From contig JAUFOQ010000006.1 of assembly GCA_040285855.1 (NCBI GenBank), forward strand, positions 682,001-746,000: a stretch of DNA of 64,000 bases, given 5' to 3'. The position numbers were made by a program, and so were the translations under genes. The stretch is from Eukaryota sp. GEM-RC1. Its lineage: Eukaryota. The notes beneath the pieces were generated by a model that saw only the letters and a list, made by a program, of their open reading frames with translations, was not told where the DNA came from and ran no database searches. Below, one piece after another: positions 35,795 to 46,561 of this stretch. Numbering within the stretch: position 1 is the stretch's first letter; every line of letters begins with the position of its first letter.

Positions 35795-38700
35795 CTACTT
35801 TTTCCCCTTTCTCGAGGACCTGGTCCTCTTGGCAGGTGGAGAGGCACGGCTGGTACTACCCTGAACACTTCGTTTCTTTCTAGTAGACGGCTTATATGAG
35901 GGATTAGATTTAATAAACTCAGAATAAGCTTTCGTATTCTTTATTTGATCCAAAGGTACCTCGGTGGTGTCACCATCGAACCAGACGACTGAACAAACAG
36001 GTCCGGAGGGTGAGTTGGATTGGGATAGCACCTTAATCACGATCATTTCCTCAGAGTCACAGGATGCGACTGCTTTGTGGAACTCATCAGACGGGTGTTT
36101 GTCAGTGAGGTATTTCTTACATTGGTGAACACTTGATTTGAACTGATGTCCAGTGATAATGTTCTGTAAGGTAAGAGAACTTGCGGTGGGCGTGTCGATG
36201 ACCAGGAAAGGACCTTCGAGCTTGCCGTGAAGCTTCTTAGTTTTGGAGTTAGTCTTGAGGACTAAGTCTCCACTCGAGTACAGGGACGACGAGGTTGGTT
36301 CGGCAGTTATCACGGGTTGAGTGGAAGATTGGTTGATCTCTGCCTCTTCCCGGTTTTTCAAAATTCTTTGAATTTTAGATTGATAATCTGCCAGGAAGGA
36401 ATCCTCTGATTGGCTTTCCTGCGAGAGACAAGCTAGGATCTTGCTAGGGTCGCTACCAGGGCTGGTGGCTGATCCAAACATGAGCTGGTATGGGGTGAAG
36501 CCTGTCACTCTACTCTTAGTTGTGTTAACTAATAGTTGTACAATTGGAATGTACTTGGACCAGTTGTCGTAATCATTAAAATCGATAAGCATCTTTCTTA
36601 GTGACTGCAGGATGTCTCTGTGGCGACGTTCCACTAATCCGTTGCTTTGCGAAAAACTGGGGATGGATTTCTCCGTATCGATATCGAAAGCCTGACACAC
36701 GCCATTAAAGACATGGTTGGCAAACTCCTTGCCATTATCGCTATGAATCAGATGGGGTATACCAAAGATTGCACATACATTACACACTAGTGCATGAGCG
36801 GTTTCTTGGGCATTGAGCTCCTTCAAGGGACATAAGACTGTATAACGGGTAAACGAGTCTATGAATACAAGAAGGTGACAGTTCCCGGAGGTGTCTGTCG
36901 GCAAAGGTCCAATGGTATCAGCATTCATTTTGGCAAATGGTTTGTCTGCCCAAAGGTTACCTGATGGTTTGATTTTGAGTTTAGCAAGGGGAGCTGTCTT
37001 TTGACAAGCTGGACATTGCATGCAGTGTTTCTTCATATCTTTGGCCATCTTGGGCCAGAAATAGTCACTAGAGTTTAGCCGATCAATGCTGACTCTTAGG
37101 CTAGGGTGGCCTGCGTGAGGAAAACCGTGGATGTGGTTCATCGTGGTATTCCGAAGACTCATAGGGATGAGGATCTTACCATCGCTATTTAGGAATAGCT
37201 GGAGCTCGTCGTTGTATACAGCAGTGGGATGCTGAAACAGTACGTCGTTGTTGTTCTTGGCTTCTACTTGTGTGGAGCGTATCTTCGATAGCCAAGCGTC
37301 AAAGATTTTTGACTTGTTGATTAATGGTTCACTAATTGATGGTTCACTAATCATGTTGATTGACTCGGAGGTCAGTGATTGATATTCCATATCGTCATCA
37401 GTACGACATAGTCCATCGACTCTAGAGAACATCGGCTCGGGGCAAGATGTGACTAGGTTTATGTTTTCGGGTTGAGAGGTATCGATGTTTCGGGATAACA
37501 TGTCTGCCCAGTGGTTGTCTTCTCCAATGGTGTGTATCACCGAGAATTGGAATTCGCTTAGGATGGGTATCCAACGCTTGACTACTCTGTTTTTCTCGGG
37601 TGCTGAGATGAGGAAAGCGAGGTTTCTATGATCTGTAAAGATGGTTAGGTCCCTGCTTAGGAGGAATGATGACATGGGGGATTCTGTTAGGATCAGAACG
37701 ATAGCGTACAACTCTTTCTGAATTGTTGCCCAGTTTTGTTGAGATTCCGTTAGGAGTTTGCTGTAGAAAGCTAGTGGGATAACTTTCCTGTTGTTCAAAG
37801 GAGTTCCATCTTGTGCGTTAGGAGGTATTTCTTGCCAAATGACACCACCTACAGCGATATCACTGGCGTCTGCGCTAATCAGCACGCGTTGATCCCTGTC
37901 TGGAAGACTGAGAGGCATGTGATTGATGATCTTCTTTCTGATTGTCTCGAAATTAGATTGATGGAGAGGTGTCCATTTTACTGAACGAGCGTTGTTCTTG
38001 ACTAAGTTTATGATTGGAGCCAGAAGATCTGACGCACCTGGAATAAAGTCTTTTATGTAGTTAATCGAACCCACGAAGCTACGAACTTCTTTGATTGTTG
38101 TTGGTACGGGCAACTCTAGGAGAGCTGTGATACGCGACGGGTCAATACTGCGTGTATTGTTAACGAACTTACTGCCCAAGATCTTTAGTGGGTGTTTCTT
38201 TGTCACAAAATTGCATTTGGGTAGGCCAAGGTTGACTCTACGTGTTAATGCTTTAGTCAGAACGAATCGTATTCGGCTCATAAATTCTTCGAATGTACGG
38301 CCTACTATGATGATGTCATCGATGTAAATGAATATGCCCTCATGGTCGAATATTTCATACATCAAATTTTGAAATATCGCAGGGACGTTCTTGAGTCCAA
38401 AACAAGCTCTTTTAAATCGGATGGCTTTGCCAGGGATTACTAGAGTTGTCTTGTCTCTGTCCTTTTCTGCGAGGTTCAATTGCCAGAAGGCTTTCGGAAG
38501 ATCCAAGGTCGCTATGAAGTTAGCTTCGCTCAGAAATTCCAAGATGTCGATGATCTTTGGAAGATTCGGTTCGACAACTCGGGTCAATGCGTTGATTCCA
38601 TCGGAACCACTGAAGTCTCCCGTAAGGCGGGGCTTACGTTGATCGGGATAGACCACCAGTACTACCGGTGAACTGAACTGTCCGTTGGGAGTTGTTAACT

Positions 38701-39889
38701 CAGCAAAGTCCTGTCGGACAAGTTCATCAAAAATCTCTTCGGCAATCCGTTGTTTCATTGGATTGAGCCGTCGAGGTTTCCGTCTCACAGTGGACTCTTC
38801 ATTGTAGAAGTCGATCGCCATGGGAGGACAATCGATGCCATCTTTGTGAGGAGCTGTCGAAAATATTGAGGAAAACTCCTGAAGCAGGCTCAATAAGCTC
38901 TTAGCTCTGTTATCATCATCTAGTTTGATAGTGCAACCTGAATCGAATACATGTTTATTAAAGTCTACAATGTTATCAATGGAATGGCTACGGGGAGGTT
39001 GTATGATACGTGAGTCGAACTCAGACTCGTCGTTCACGGTGGCCAGGATGGCCTTGTCAATCCGGATGACTAGTCCGTCTTCGGTCAGTAGTCCTAACTG
39101 TTTCATCAGATCGATTCCCAATAATAGTTTGTTGGATCCTGGTATTATTGGTAACGTCTTATCCACATGTGTTAGGTACGCGATGCTACTGGTGTCGAAG
39201 GTCAAGATGCCCTGGGCGCTACCCAAGGACCGGGACTCAACATTGTTTGCAGATGTGAAGCGAACATTTTTGTTGACGGGCGTCATGTTACACTTCGTAG
39301 CCAGGTCTTGTGTGATGACGGACATGGTTGCTCCACTGTCCCAAAAACCTTGAACCGGAATTCCGTTAATCATCAGTTTGCAGCTGAGAAGAGGGAGTGG
39401 GTTCTGACTACTTATGCTGAATATGGAATTCAGGCTTTGTGAGTTCGTATTACCATTGGCAGAACTGATGTTGCTCAATGGATTTAAGAATTGATTGGTT
39501 TCAATCAAACTGGGATTTGATTGACTAGATGTGATGTTATCAGCTATATCTACAAGGCTGTTAATATGTGCTGAATTTGCATTGAAATATTTAGATTTTT
39601 TATGGGACGAGTGTTTCTTGCTATGACTACGAGATGGTTTTGAGGTGGAACTCTTGGCCTTACGTTGCTCTAAAGGAAGCTCACTACGTTTACATTCGGG
39701 ATCCGGACATTGGAGGATGGAATGGCCCTTTTCGCCACAAAATCTACAGGCGTCAGGGTCTTTCTCTTCAGATCGAGGCTTCTTCGAGGGTGGCTTGGAG
39801 CTGGATGCCGATCTACGAGATCTACCGGGTTCACTAGACTGAACCGGGATGAGGGGGCGAGAAGTCCAAGATTTGGGAGGTCTTCCCAA
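35795..39889 (-). CDS. pol: Retrotransposon polyprotein: CCHC knuckle, aspartic protease, RT, RNase H, integrase, chromodomain-like tail
   Basis: CRFCGEKGHSILQC; FWDSGA; LDLPKAFWQ, YIDD; DASD, ELYA, TDHRNL, ADMLSR; H...H...CPAC, DTIGP, SDNG, GLVERRH, GPF; EEMIVIKVL...VVWFDGDTTEVPLDQI. Probably entered from the upstream gag frame. Confidence 0.95.
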   Translation of the reverse strand: MGRPPKSWTSRPLIPVQSSEPGRSRRSASSSKPPSKKPRSEEKDPDACRFCGEKGHSILQCPDPECKRSELPLEQRKAKSSTSKPSRSHSKKHSSHKKSKYFNANSAHINSLVDIADNITSSQSNPSLIETNQFLNPLSNISSANGNTNSQSLNSIFSISSQNPLPLLSCKLMINGIPVQGFWDSGATMSVITQDLATKCNMTPVNKNVRFTSANNVESRSLGSAQGILTFDTSSIAYLTHVDKTLPIIPGSNKLLLGIDLMKQLGLLTEDGLVIRIDKAILATVNDESEFDSRIIQPPRSHSIDNIVDFNKHVFDSGCTIKLDDDNRAKSLLSLLQEFSSIFSTAPHKDGIDCPPMAIDFYNEESTVRRKPRRLNPMKQRIAEEIFDELVRQDFAELTTPNGQFSSPVVLVVYPDQRKPRLTGDFSGSDGINALTRVVEPNLPKIIDILEFLSEANFIATLDLPKAFWQLNLAEKDRDKTTLVIPGKAIRFKRACFGLKNVPAIFQNLMYEIFDHEGIFIYIDDIIIVGRTFEEFMSRIRFVLTKALTRRVNLGLPKCNFVTKKHPLKILGSKFVNNTRSIDPSRITALLELPVPTTIKEVRSFVGSINYIKDFIPGASDLLAPIINLVKNNARSVKWTPLHQSNFETIRKKIINHMPLSLPDRDQRVLISADASDIAVGGVIWQEIPPNAQDGTPLNNRKVIPLAFYSKLLTESQQNWATIQKELYAIVLILTESPMSSFLLSRDLTIFTDHRNLAFLISAPEKNRVVKRWIPILSEFQFSVIHTIGEDNHWADMLSRNIDTSQPENINLVTSCPEPMFSRVDGLCRTDDDMEYQSLTSESINMISEPSISEPLINKSKIFDAWLSKIRSTQVEAKNNNDVLFQHPTAVYNDELQLFLNSDGKILIPMSLRNTTMNHIHGFPHAGHPSLRVSIDRLNSSDYFWPKMAKDMKKHCMQCPACQKTAPLAKLKIKPSGNLWADKPFAKMNADTIGPLPTDTSGNCHLLVFIDSFTRYTVLCPLKELNAQETAHALVCNVCAIFGIPHLIHSDNGKEFANHVFNGVCQAFDIDTEKSIPSFSQSNGLVERRHRDILQSLRKMLIDFNDYDNWSKYIPIVQLLVNTTKSRVTGFTPYQLMFGSATSPGSDPSKILACLSQESQSEDSFLADYQSKIQRILKNREEAEINQSSTQPVITAEPTSSSLYSSGDLVLKTNSKTKKLHGKLEGPFLVIDTPTASSLTLQNIITGHQFKSSVHQCKKYLTDKHPSDEFHKAVASCDSEEMIVIKVLSQSNSPSGPVCSVVWFDGDTTEVPLDQIKNTKAYSEFIKSNPSYKPSTRKKRSVQGSTSRASPPAKRTRSSRKGKK

Positions 39890-42332
39890 GTAGCTGTATC
39901 TCTAAGATGAGCTATCTCGGCAATTCGTTGTTCGTTCTGCACGTTGGCTGGAGCAGATTTCCATCTCTCGCACCAAGTGTCATAACGTTCTTTGACATCG
40001 GATATTAATCCTTGGATATCTGGAGAGTCTTGGTAGAGAGGCCAACATTCGATCCAGATGGATACGATGCCTATGTTCGAAAGAATAGCTTTAACAATGG
40101 CTTTGTCTGGTAACGCAGTCATTGGCTTATTCTTCGGCTTTATGGCCTGGGTTCTTTGTAGAACGCGGTGCAACCGTGATATGAAATCACTCCATCGCTC
40201 TTCAGGGTCTGTGATGGACCACTTCATCTTGATCTTGTTCAGCTCATTTAAAGCAGTGGTCTCGTCTGGGAACTGAGTACGCTTGAGGAGAGCTAACCAT
40301 AGGGTGAGAGGGTTCTTACCATCCCACTCCTTTGCATAGACAGCTGGGTCTGTAAGTCGAACTTTACGAAGCGTTGGATGTAAGAAGGATCAGCGTGTGC
40401 TGCAGCAGTTCGACTGAAGTCGAAAAAGTGTCTTGGCCATCCGAATGGAGCCCCTACCGGTGTTTTGTGGTTAGGGTCCATCACGCTCCATTGAAGGAAG
40501 TCTTGAGCAAATTCAATGATGTCGTGTGGTTTCAAACTCGAAAGCATCTTGGGTTGAAGCTTGGAGTTCTTCATAGAGTCGAGGGGGACTTTCTGTTGGA
40601 AAGTGACAACACTATGGGACATTGGGGAACGTTGTTCCACAACCGAATTGGATGCTGACGGAGCCAGGGGGGGAAGGAGGTCAGTTGAAGGGGAGGTTGA
40701 TGTCGTGCTAAGGTCACTCAAGGAGAGACCAAGCTGGTGGACATCAGTTGGTGGGTTTGATTGATCGGAAGGTGATTGATAAAATTCGGAAATTTCTTTC
40801 ACTTTAGACTTCGGATTTGCATTTGCTCTACGAGCGAGTTCTTCTTCATATTCCACTCGAGCTCGGTATTTCAATGCTGTGGGTTGGATAACCACTTCAT
40901 CAGTCGGGGTTGTGGTGCTCTGGATGGCTTCGGGAAGCTGAGAGGAGATGTGATCTGATGAGCGAATTCTTTTGTCCGAATTCGACTTTTCGAAAGTTCG
41001 ACCTGTCAATACTTCCTGGACCTTTTCCCAGCATTTTTTAACAGGAATCATGGTTTCCGGTATACTAGGGTCCATCAGGATAGTATGGGGTCTTCCTCGG
41101 TCATCAAGGATGGTGTAAGTTCCTTCAAGCGGCATAACTTCGTCGTTAAATTGTCTCCTTATCAGTCTTATGGCTGCCTGAGCTGGTCTAGGATAGCGGT
41201 TTCTTAGGTAGTCCGTTCTATCTTTGACTCCATGAAGAAAATCATGTACCATTTGGCGATCTGATGGGAACATACGATGTTCTACTCGTTTTAGTTCCTC
41301 TTCTGTTAACCCTTGTTGAAAAGGTCCAGGAGGGGCCTGGAATAACTCTGAGGAACCCGTCTTAGTGGACCTGACAGGATAAAATCCTTGGACGGGAATA
41401 ATAGGTTGGGGTTGGAACCCTCTCTTGTCCCTGACAGGCCTCGACGGAGGAGGTTGAGGATGGTCAGATGGGCCTTTGGCAGGCGTCTGACCAGACTCTT
41501 CATCATCAGCTACGTCAAAGTCGCATAGATCTTCTAAGTCAGGGTCCGCGGCGGGATTGACGTGAGAAACTATGGGTGTTTCACCAACATGAGGAACGGA
41601 ATCCTGGGCACGTGGAGTAGACGAGGCATCAACTATAGGAAGTGATGAGGGAACGGAACCCTTCTGAGATTTTTTAATGGGGGCACTTTTGGAAGTGGCT
41701 TTTGGCAAAGGCTTAGATGGAGGGAGACCTAAATCTCGTTCCGCTGCAAACTTGAACCCCTCTTGTCGCGACGTGGGAGTTGCAAAAGAGGAGAGTTGGA
41801 GAGTGGGAAAAGGCTTGTTCGGAGTTGGTGCTCCGCTGAACATAGCTCTAATCCTCTCGAAGGCAGGATTCGTTGGAGACGAAGTGTCTTTCGGAGGAAC
41901 CATATCTCTCGGAGGAGATAAATCCTGATAATTGATCTGGACAGTGGAGGAGGGGCTCTGAAGGGTGGAACCTTCTGGAGGGCTATCCTCTTGAATGGTT
42001 ATCACTTCCTCTTGAGGTTGGGAAGGAAGGGCGGAACCTTCAACCACAGGAATCCTTTGAAGGACGGAACCTTCTGAGGGAGTTTGCTGGGTTTGAGGAG
42101 TAGGGACGGAACCTGCAACCTCGGAAGTTACTGGAAGGGCGGAACCTTCAACAGAGGAGGGACTTTGAAGGGCGGAACCTTCTAAAAGGGATGTAGTTGT
42201 TCCTTGGAGGGCGGGACCATCCGAGAAGAAACGACTCATTGTGGGGTCCTGGGACCTTGGTGAGTGCGGGGGCACTCTGTCACAAGGCGCAGCACCACAT
42301 GGGACACAATAATTATTGTTGTCTGTAGACAT
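39670..42332 (-). CDS. gag: Gag-like protein in two frames (42332-40293 and ~40390-39670), Pro/Ser-rich N-terminus with EGSAL repeats
   Basis: Occupies the gag position between the 5' LTR and pol, with its ATG inside the LTR. Each downstream frame overlaps the previous one in the -1 frame. Confidence 0.75.
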
Positions 42333-42382
42333 GGGAGAAGGTAAAGTAAATTTATTTTAAGGGTACTGTACCAGTACTAACA
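42317..42382 (-). repeat. 5' LTR (66 bp)
   Basis: Element strand TGTTAGTACTGGTACAGTACCCTTAAAATAAATTTACTTTACCTTCTCCCATGTCTACAGACAACA. Confidence 0.95.
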
Positions 42383-43239
42383 GTGGCTTAAATCGAGTCA
42401 ATCACTAATGGATTTTACTAAGAGTAGATGTTTGTAACACATCTTAGGATATTAGATTCTTCTTTTAATCCGTTAACAGCTGCTGAAAAGCTCAAACACT
42501 CCAAGTATGACTCTCAAGTAGAAGAATTAAATAGAAACTCATATTCCAAATTTGTGTTTCAACCTTTTGCTGATTCTCTTATTGGATCTATTAGTCCTGC
42601 TGGTGATCAATTTTTCAAGGATTTCGAAGAATTGTGTAAAGACAAGAAGCGTAAGTTTAGAATGGCTGAATGGAAAAACCGTATAGTGGTTTCCATATAT
42701 CGGAATATGCCTTTCTATTTCTCAAGATTAATTGAGAATTGTACAAGTTTGGTGTGAAGGTTAATGTTGATAAACGTAATCTTTTACCAGGTGGTGATGA
42801 AGTCGTTTGGATTTAATCTTAGTATTATTTGTTTGTTTTTACAATTTGATAGTTTTGTAGGAATGTTATCTTATTGGGTGCCGAATAAAGTTTTCTGTTT
42901 TATCGTTTATTTATATTTAGTTTCTTGTTACGTTGTGGTTTCAGCACCTAAACTTACTTTTGATTTCATTGTTGATATATGATTCAGATTCTTGTGAAGA
43001 AATTATTAATTTCATTCTACATCAGGTTGAAAACAAACAGATATGTGTATACTTGAAACTAAAGAGACGTAATAGTAGTAGTATCAAATGAGTTCAGTAA
43101 GAATCCAAATTTTTGTTTACGACTTTTTTAACCAAAATTTTGTTATTGACAACAACACTACAGTGTACATCTAATAATCAATATCCTCAAAGTCCAGATC
43201 GCCTATCTGGAAATTCTCACCAACCTTATTCCAGTTATG

Positions 43240-43520
43240 CCGAAAAGTATATTGCTATATATATTGTACTTTTTTAATATCGCAATAAATATAATGTGGT
43301 TTGTTAATATTGCAATAAATAGATTGATATTGTCGCCCGTTACAATAAATATATTGCAATATATTGCAATATTCCCAATACTCTACAGAGATTATAAATT
43401 GTTCTACAATGTACTGTAATACATTATTATCAACTTTACTTTTCCCAATAAACAGTATTTGTGATCACATGTGATCGTGTGATGTGGTTGTGATCGTGGT
43501 TGTGGTTGTGATCACACTGA
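43240..43520. repeat. MITE arm remnants (ATATTGCAATA cluster and GTGATC cluster ending in CACACTG)
   Basis: Same motif families as 10490-10612 and 12437-12644; no TSD resolved. Confidence 0.45.
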
Positions 43521-43655
43521 CAAAACGAGTGTGATCAACAAGTATGTAAGTGATCCAAACACATTTTTTCTTGTTTAGGATGACCTCAGAATTCTCAGGA
43601 CTTCCCCTGAGAAATTTGCTTCTCAATACACTTCCAAAGACAATTGCTCCTCTAA

Positions 43656-44851
43656 ATGACATTAGCTTCTTATTCGAACATCGTTGACATTGATCACGGC
43701 TCTCCGACTCGAACAATCACTTCTTCTTCGGGACACAAGATTGAAATATATAACACCGATACTCCTCGTCAAAAAGTTGATGCCGATTCTCTTGGCTTTG
43801 GCCGTGTAATTAGTGACCATATGGTTGTTTGTGAATATGTTGATGGTGCTTGGAATACATGTAAGATTGTACCTTACAAACCTTTCTTAATCGACCCTGC
43901 ATCAAAAGCTCTTCACTATGGACAGGAAATCTTTGAGGTATTTTCAACCGAAAGAAGGCTTATCCTAGGGAATGAAAGCCTACAAGTGGGAAGATGGTTC
44001 CTTGGCCCTTTTCCGTCCTTTTGACAACGCCAGACGTTTCAATGTTTCTGCGGAACGAGTTTGTATGCCAACTTTCCCCGAAGAGTTGTTAGTTGAGTCT
44101 CTTCAAGAACTGCTTAAAGTTGATGCTGATTGGGTTCCTGATCGCCCAGGAACATCTATGTATATTCGCCCTACAATGATTGGATGCGATACCTTCCTCG
44201 GTGTTGCTCCTGCTACTCGCTATCTCTATTTCTGTGTTTTATCTCCAAGTGCCCCTTATTTTGCTGGTGGATTCAAAGGAATTTCTGTCTTTGTTGAGCG
44301 AGAATTCTGCCGAGCCTTTAAAGGTGGTGTTGGTGAAGCCAAAACTGGTGGTATGTCTCTATGTTTTTCTCATCAAAGGAAATTACGCAGCTACTCTTTT
44401 AGCAACTAAAAAGGCTCAAAAACTTGGTTATTCACAAGTATTATGGACCAATGCTGAAGATCACACTGAAGTTGAAGAAATTGGTGCTGCTTCTTTCTAT
44501 TGTATCAAAAATGGAGTTTTGACCACTCCTCCGTTAACTGGCACTATCCTCAAGTCAATTACTCGTGATTCTATTCTGAAGCTTGGTAAACATCTTGGAT
44601 ACAATGTTGCTGAAGAGACCATAACTGTTGATGATCTCTTTGCTGGCTTAAAATCTGGTGATATTTCTGAAGTTTTTGCCTGTGGTACTGCTGCTGTTCT
44701 CACCCCTGTTATTAAGGTTGGGGGAGACAATGAATGTGTTATAGTTGGGGATGGTAAGCCTGGAAAGATCTCTACTCATCTTTATGAAACTTTAAGTGGA
44801 ATTCAAATGGGTCGTGAAGATGATGTTATGTCATGGACAATGAAAATTTAA
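43656..44851 (+). CDS. ilvE: Branched-chain amino acid aminotransferase, type 2 copy b; introns 43938-43968 and 44351-44378
   Basis: Near-identical inverted copy of 17465-18660 with the same two introns. Confidence 0.93.
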
Positions 44852-45669
44852 CGAATTGTTGTCCTTTTGTAAATTGCAAATATATCTATTTCTTTTGGTG
44901 TTTTCACATTGATCGCTGCAAAGTTTTGTCAAGATAGTTCACTCTGTTTCATGTCCTGCATCCTGAAATTCCAATTATCATAGATGAAGATCTGATGAAC
45001 TTTTATGTCAGTACTGATAGATTGAACGCTATAGATTGATGCACTGTGTCATATTGATTGTTCACTCTTTTGAGTAATTATGACAATTGAAACGCATACA
45101 TGGTGTTGGGTGTATTGACAAAATGGAGAAAAACAAAAGGAAACGAAATTTGATGATGATTGAACTCCATTCACAGACTGCATTCAAGTGACACCATCAT
45201 CATTCATCATTTGAAGCAAAGTACATCATAACAACAACAGTCGTTTACAAAACATTCAATGCAATTCTACAAAAGCCTACACCCTTTAGGTGAAAAACCA
45301 GAGTGAAAAGATCGTCACAACTCGGTGACTCACAAGAAGGCACAAATTCTAATACATTGTATCTGTATTAATAACATTGATGACCCAAATAAATATAAAT
45401 CAATAAAAGACACCACAATTTTGTAGGTGAAGTTCAGCAGATGTTTGTGAATGCAAGAACAAGTTCTTAACGAAGAACTCCAATTCATTCCGCTTGAACA
45501 AGGGACATAGATACATTGACAATGAAGGACTTCTCTGATCTCCACAAAATCTCAATGAACGAAAATCCACAACAGCTACGAACTGCAGCAATGTTGACAA
45601 CGATTCACATCACCATTAAAGACACAAGAATATATACAAAAACACTTAACTAAACAGAAACTGTGAATG

Positions 45670-46324
45670 CTACCGAGAGAAACCGAGCCGACGGCTTGCA
45701 GTCCCAGGTGGAAAACAATCACTACTTTCATGCTTAGTATTCACAAGAACACATGAATTTGTACATGGAGAGAGAATATGCCCAAACTGGTGGTCCAATG
45801 TCATGAACTGTTCCACAAACTCAGGTCTTGATTTCTGTAAGGCTTTCAACTGAAGTAAGACGTGTTGTGAAAGTTCTTCTGGATCGATGGCCAAATCAAA
45901 ATCGAGCAATCGCAACATCTCTAGTTCCATTCCCTTGAGTTCCATCACAGAGAAATGACCACACAGGATAGCCCAATCAAGATTCATTAAAGCACAGTCT
46001 TCAGTATACTTAGTGGCTAGCATAACGGCAACCAAGAAGCAACGACGGACATTTATCTCTGAGAGTGTTAATTTCTGCCTAGCTTGGTACAACTTATGAA
46101 GATAGAATGAGGCGACGAGAACGGTATAAGGATTGAGCTTGGCTTTGTTGAGGAAGGAATCTAGACAAACCCTGGTCAAGAATTTGGGTAACCCAAACCC
46201 GAACAGGACATGGAGGATCAGTTCCAAATTGCAAAGGGATGTTGGAAGGCGGATCAGCAAGTGTATCTTGTAGAATCAACCAGCAGAGTTCTGTACAACA
46301 GCTGTGATAGGAAGACATCGACAT
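45670..46324 (-). CDS. Pho80/P-U-type cyclin; 5' structure uncertain (frame change near 46150-46200)
   Basis: VLVASFYL...INVRRCFLVAVMLATKYTED...N.DWA...ELKGMELEMLRLLDFDL cyclin box. Probable ATG at 46324 in the overlapping ORF. Confidence 0.8.
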
Positions 46325-46561
46325 TGTGATGGGACCTAAAAATGGAGACCGACTTTTCTTGTCAGACAAAGTCAACAGAAATCAAAAGACTCAAGAAAAC
46401 GACAATCCTAGTTGCTCTGTTTCCTCTCTTTAATTGACCAGTAGTTGACCAGAACCGACAATTGTGACAGGTTTGAATAAGAGTGGTTTCGTTTTGGTGT
46501 TTTGTGGGTTAAAGATATTGTTGTTAATAGACTATTAATAGATGAGGTATTCTAAAACGCC

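Larger units (their letters stand above)
35729..42382 (-). mobile_element. Full-length Ty3/gypsy LTR retrotransposon (6654 bp) with 66-bp LTRs
   Basis: Identical TG...CA direct repeats at 35729-35794 and 42317-42382. 4-bp TSD GTGG. Purine tract GAGAAAGGGGAAAAAG next to the 3' LTR. Domain order PR-RT-RH-IN. Confidence 0.95.
35716..42899 (+). mobile_element. 5'-truncated family-A non-LTR copy split by the Ty3/gypsy insertion (35716-35728 plus 42383-42899)
   Basis: CATACTCCGTGG|GTGGCTTAAATCGAGTC rejoins to family-A sequence. 11-bp TSD TTATCGTTTAT at 35705-35715 and 42900-42910. Confidence 0.85.

Noticed and set aside
38091..41928. Plus-strand ORFs inside the gypsy element
   Set aside because: Antisense shadows of gag/pol with no motifs.
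46172..46198. 27-nt GT...AG candidate intron in the cyclin gene
   Set aside because: It lacks the ATCNNAG ending and, being a multiple of 3, does not fix the frame.
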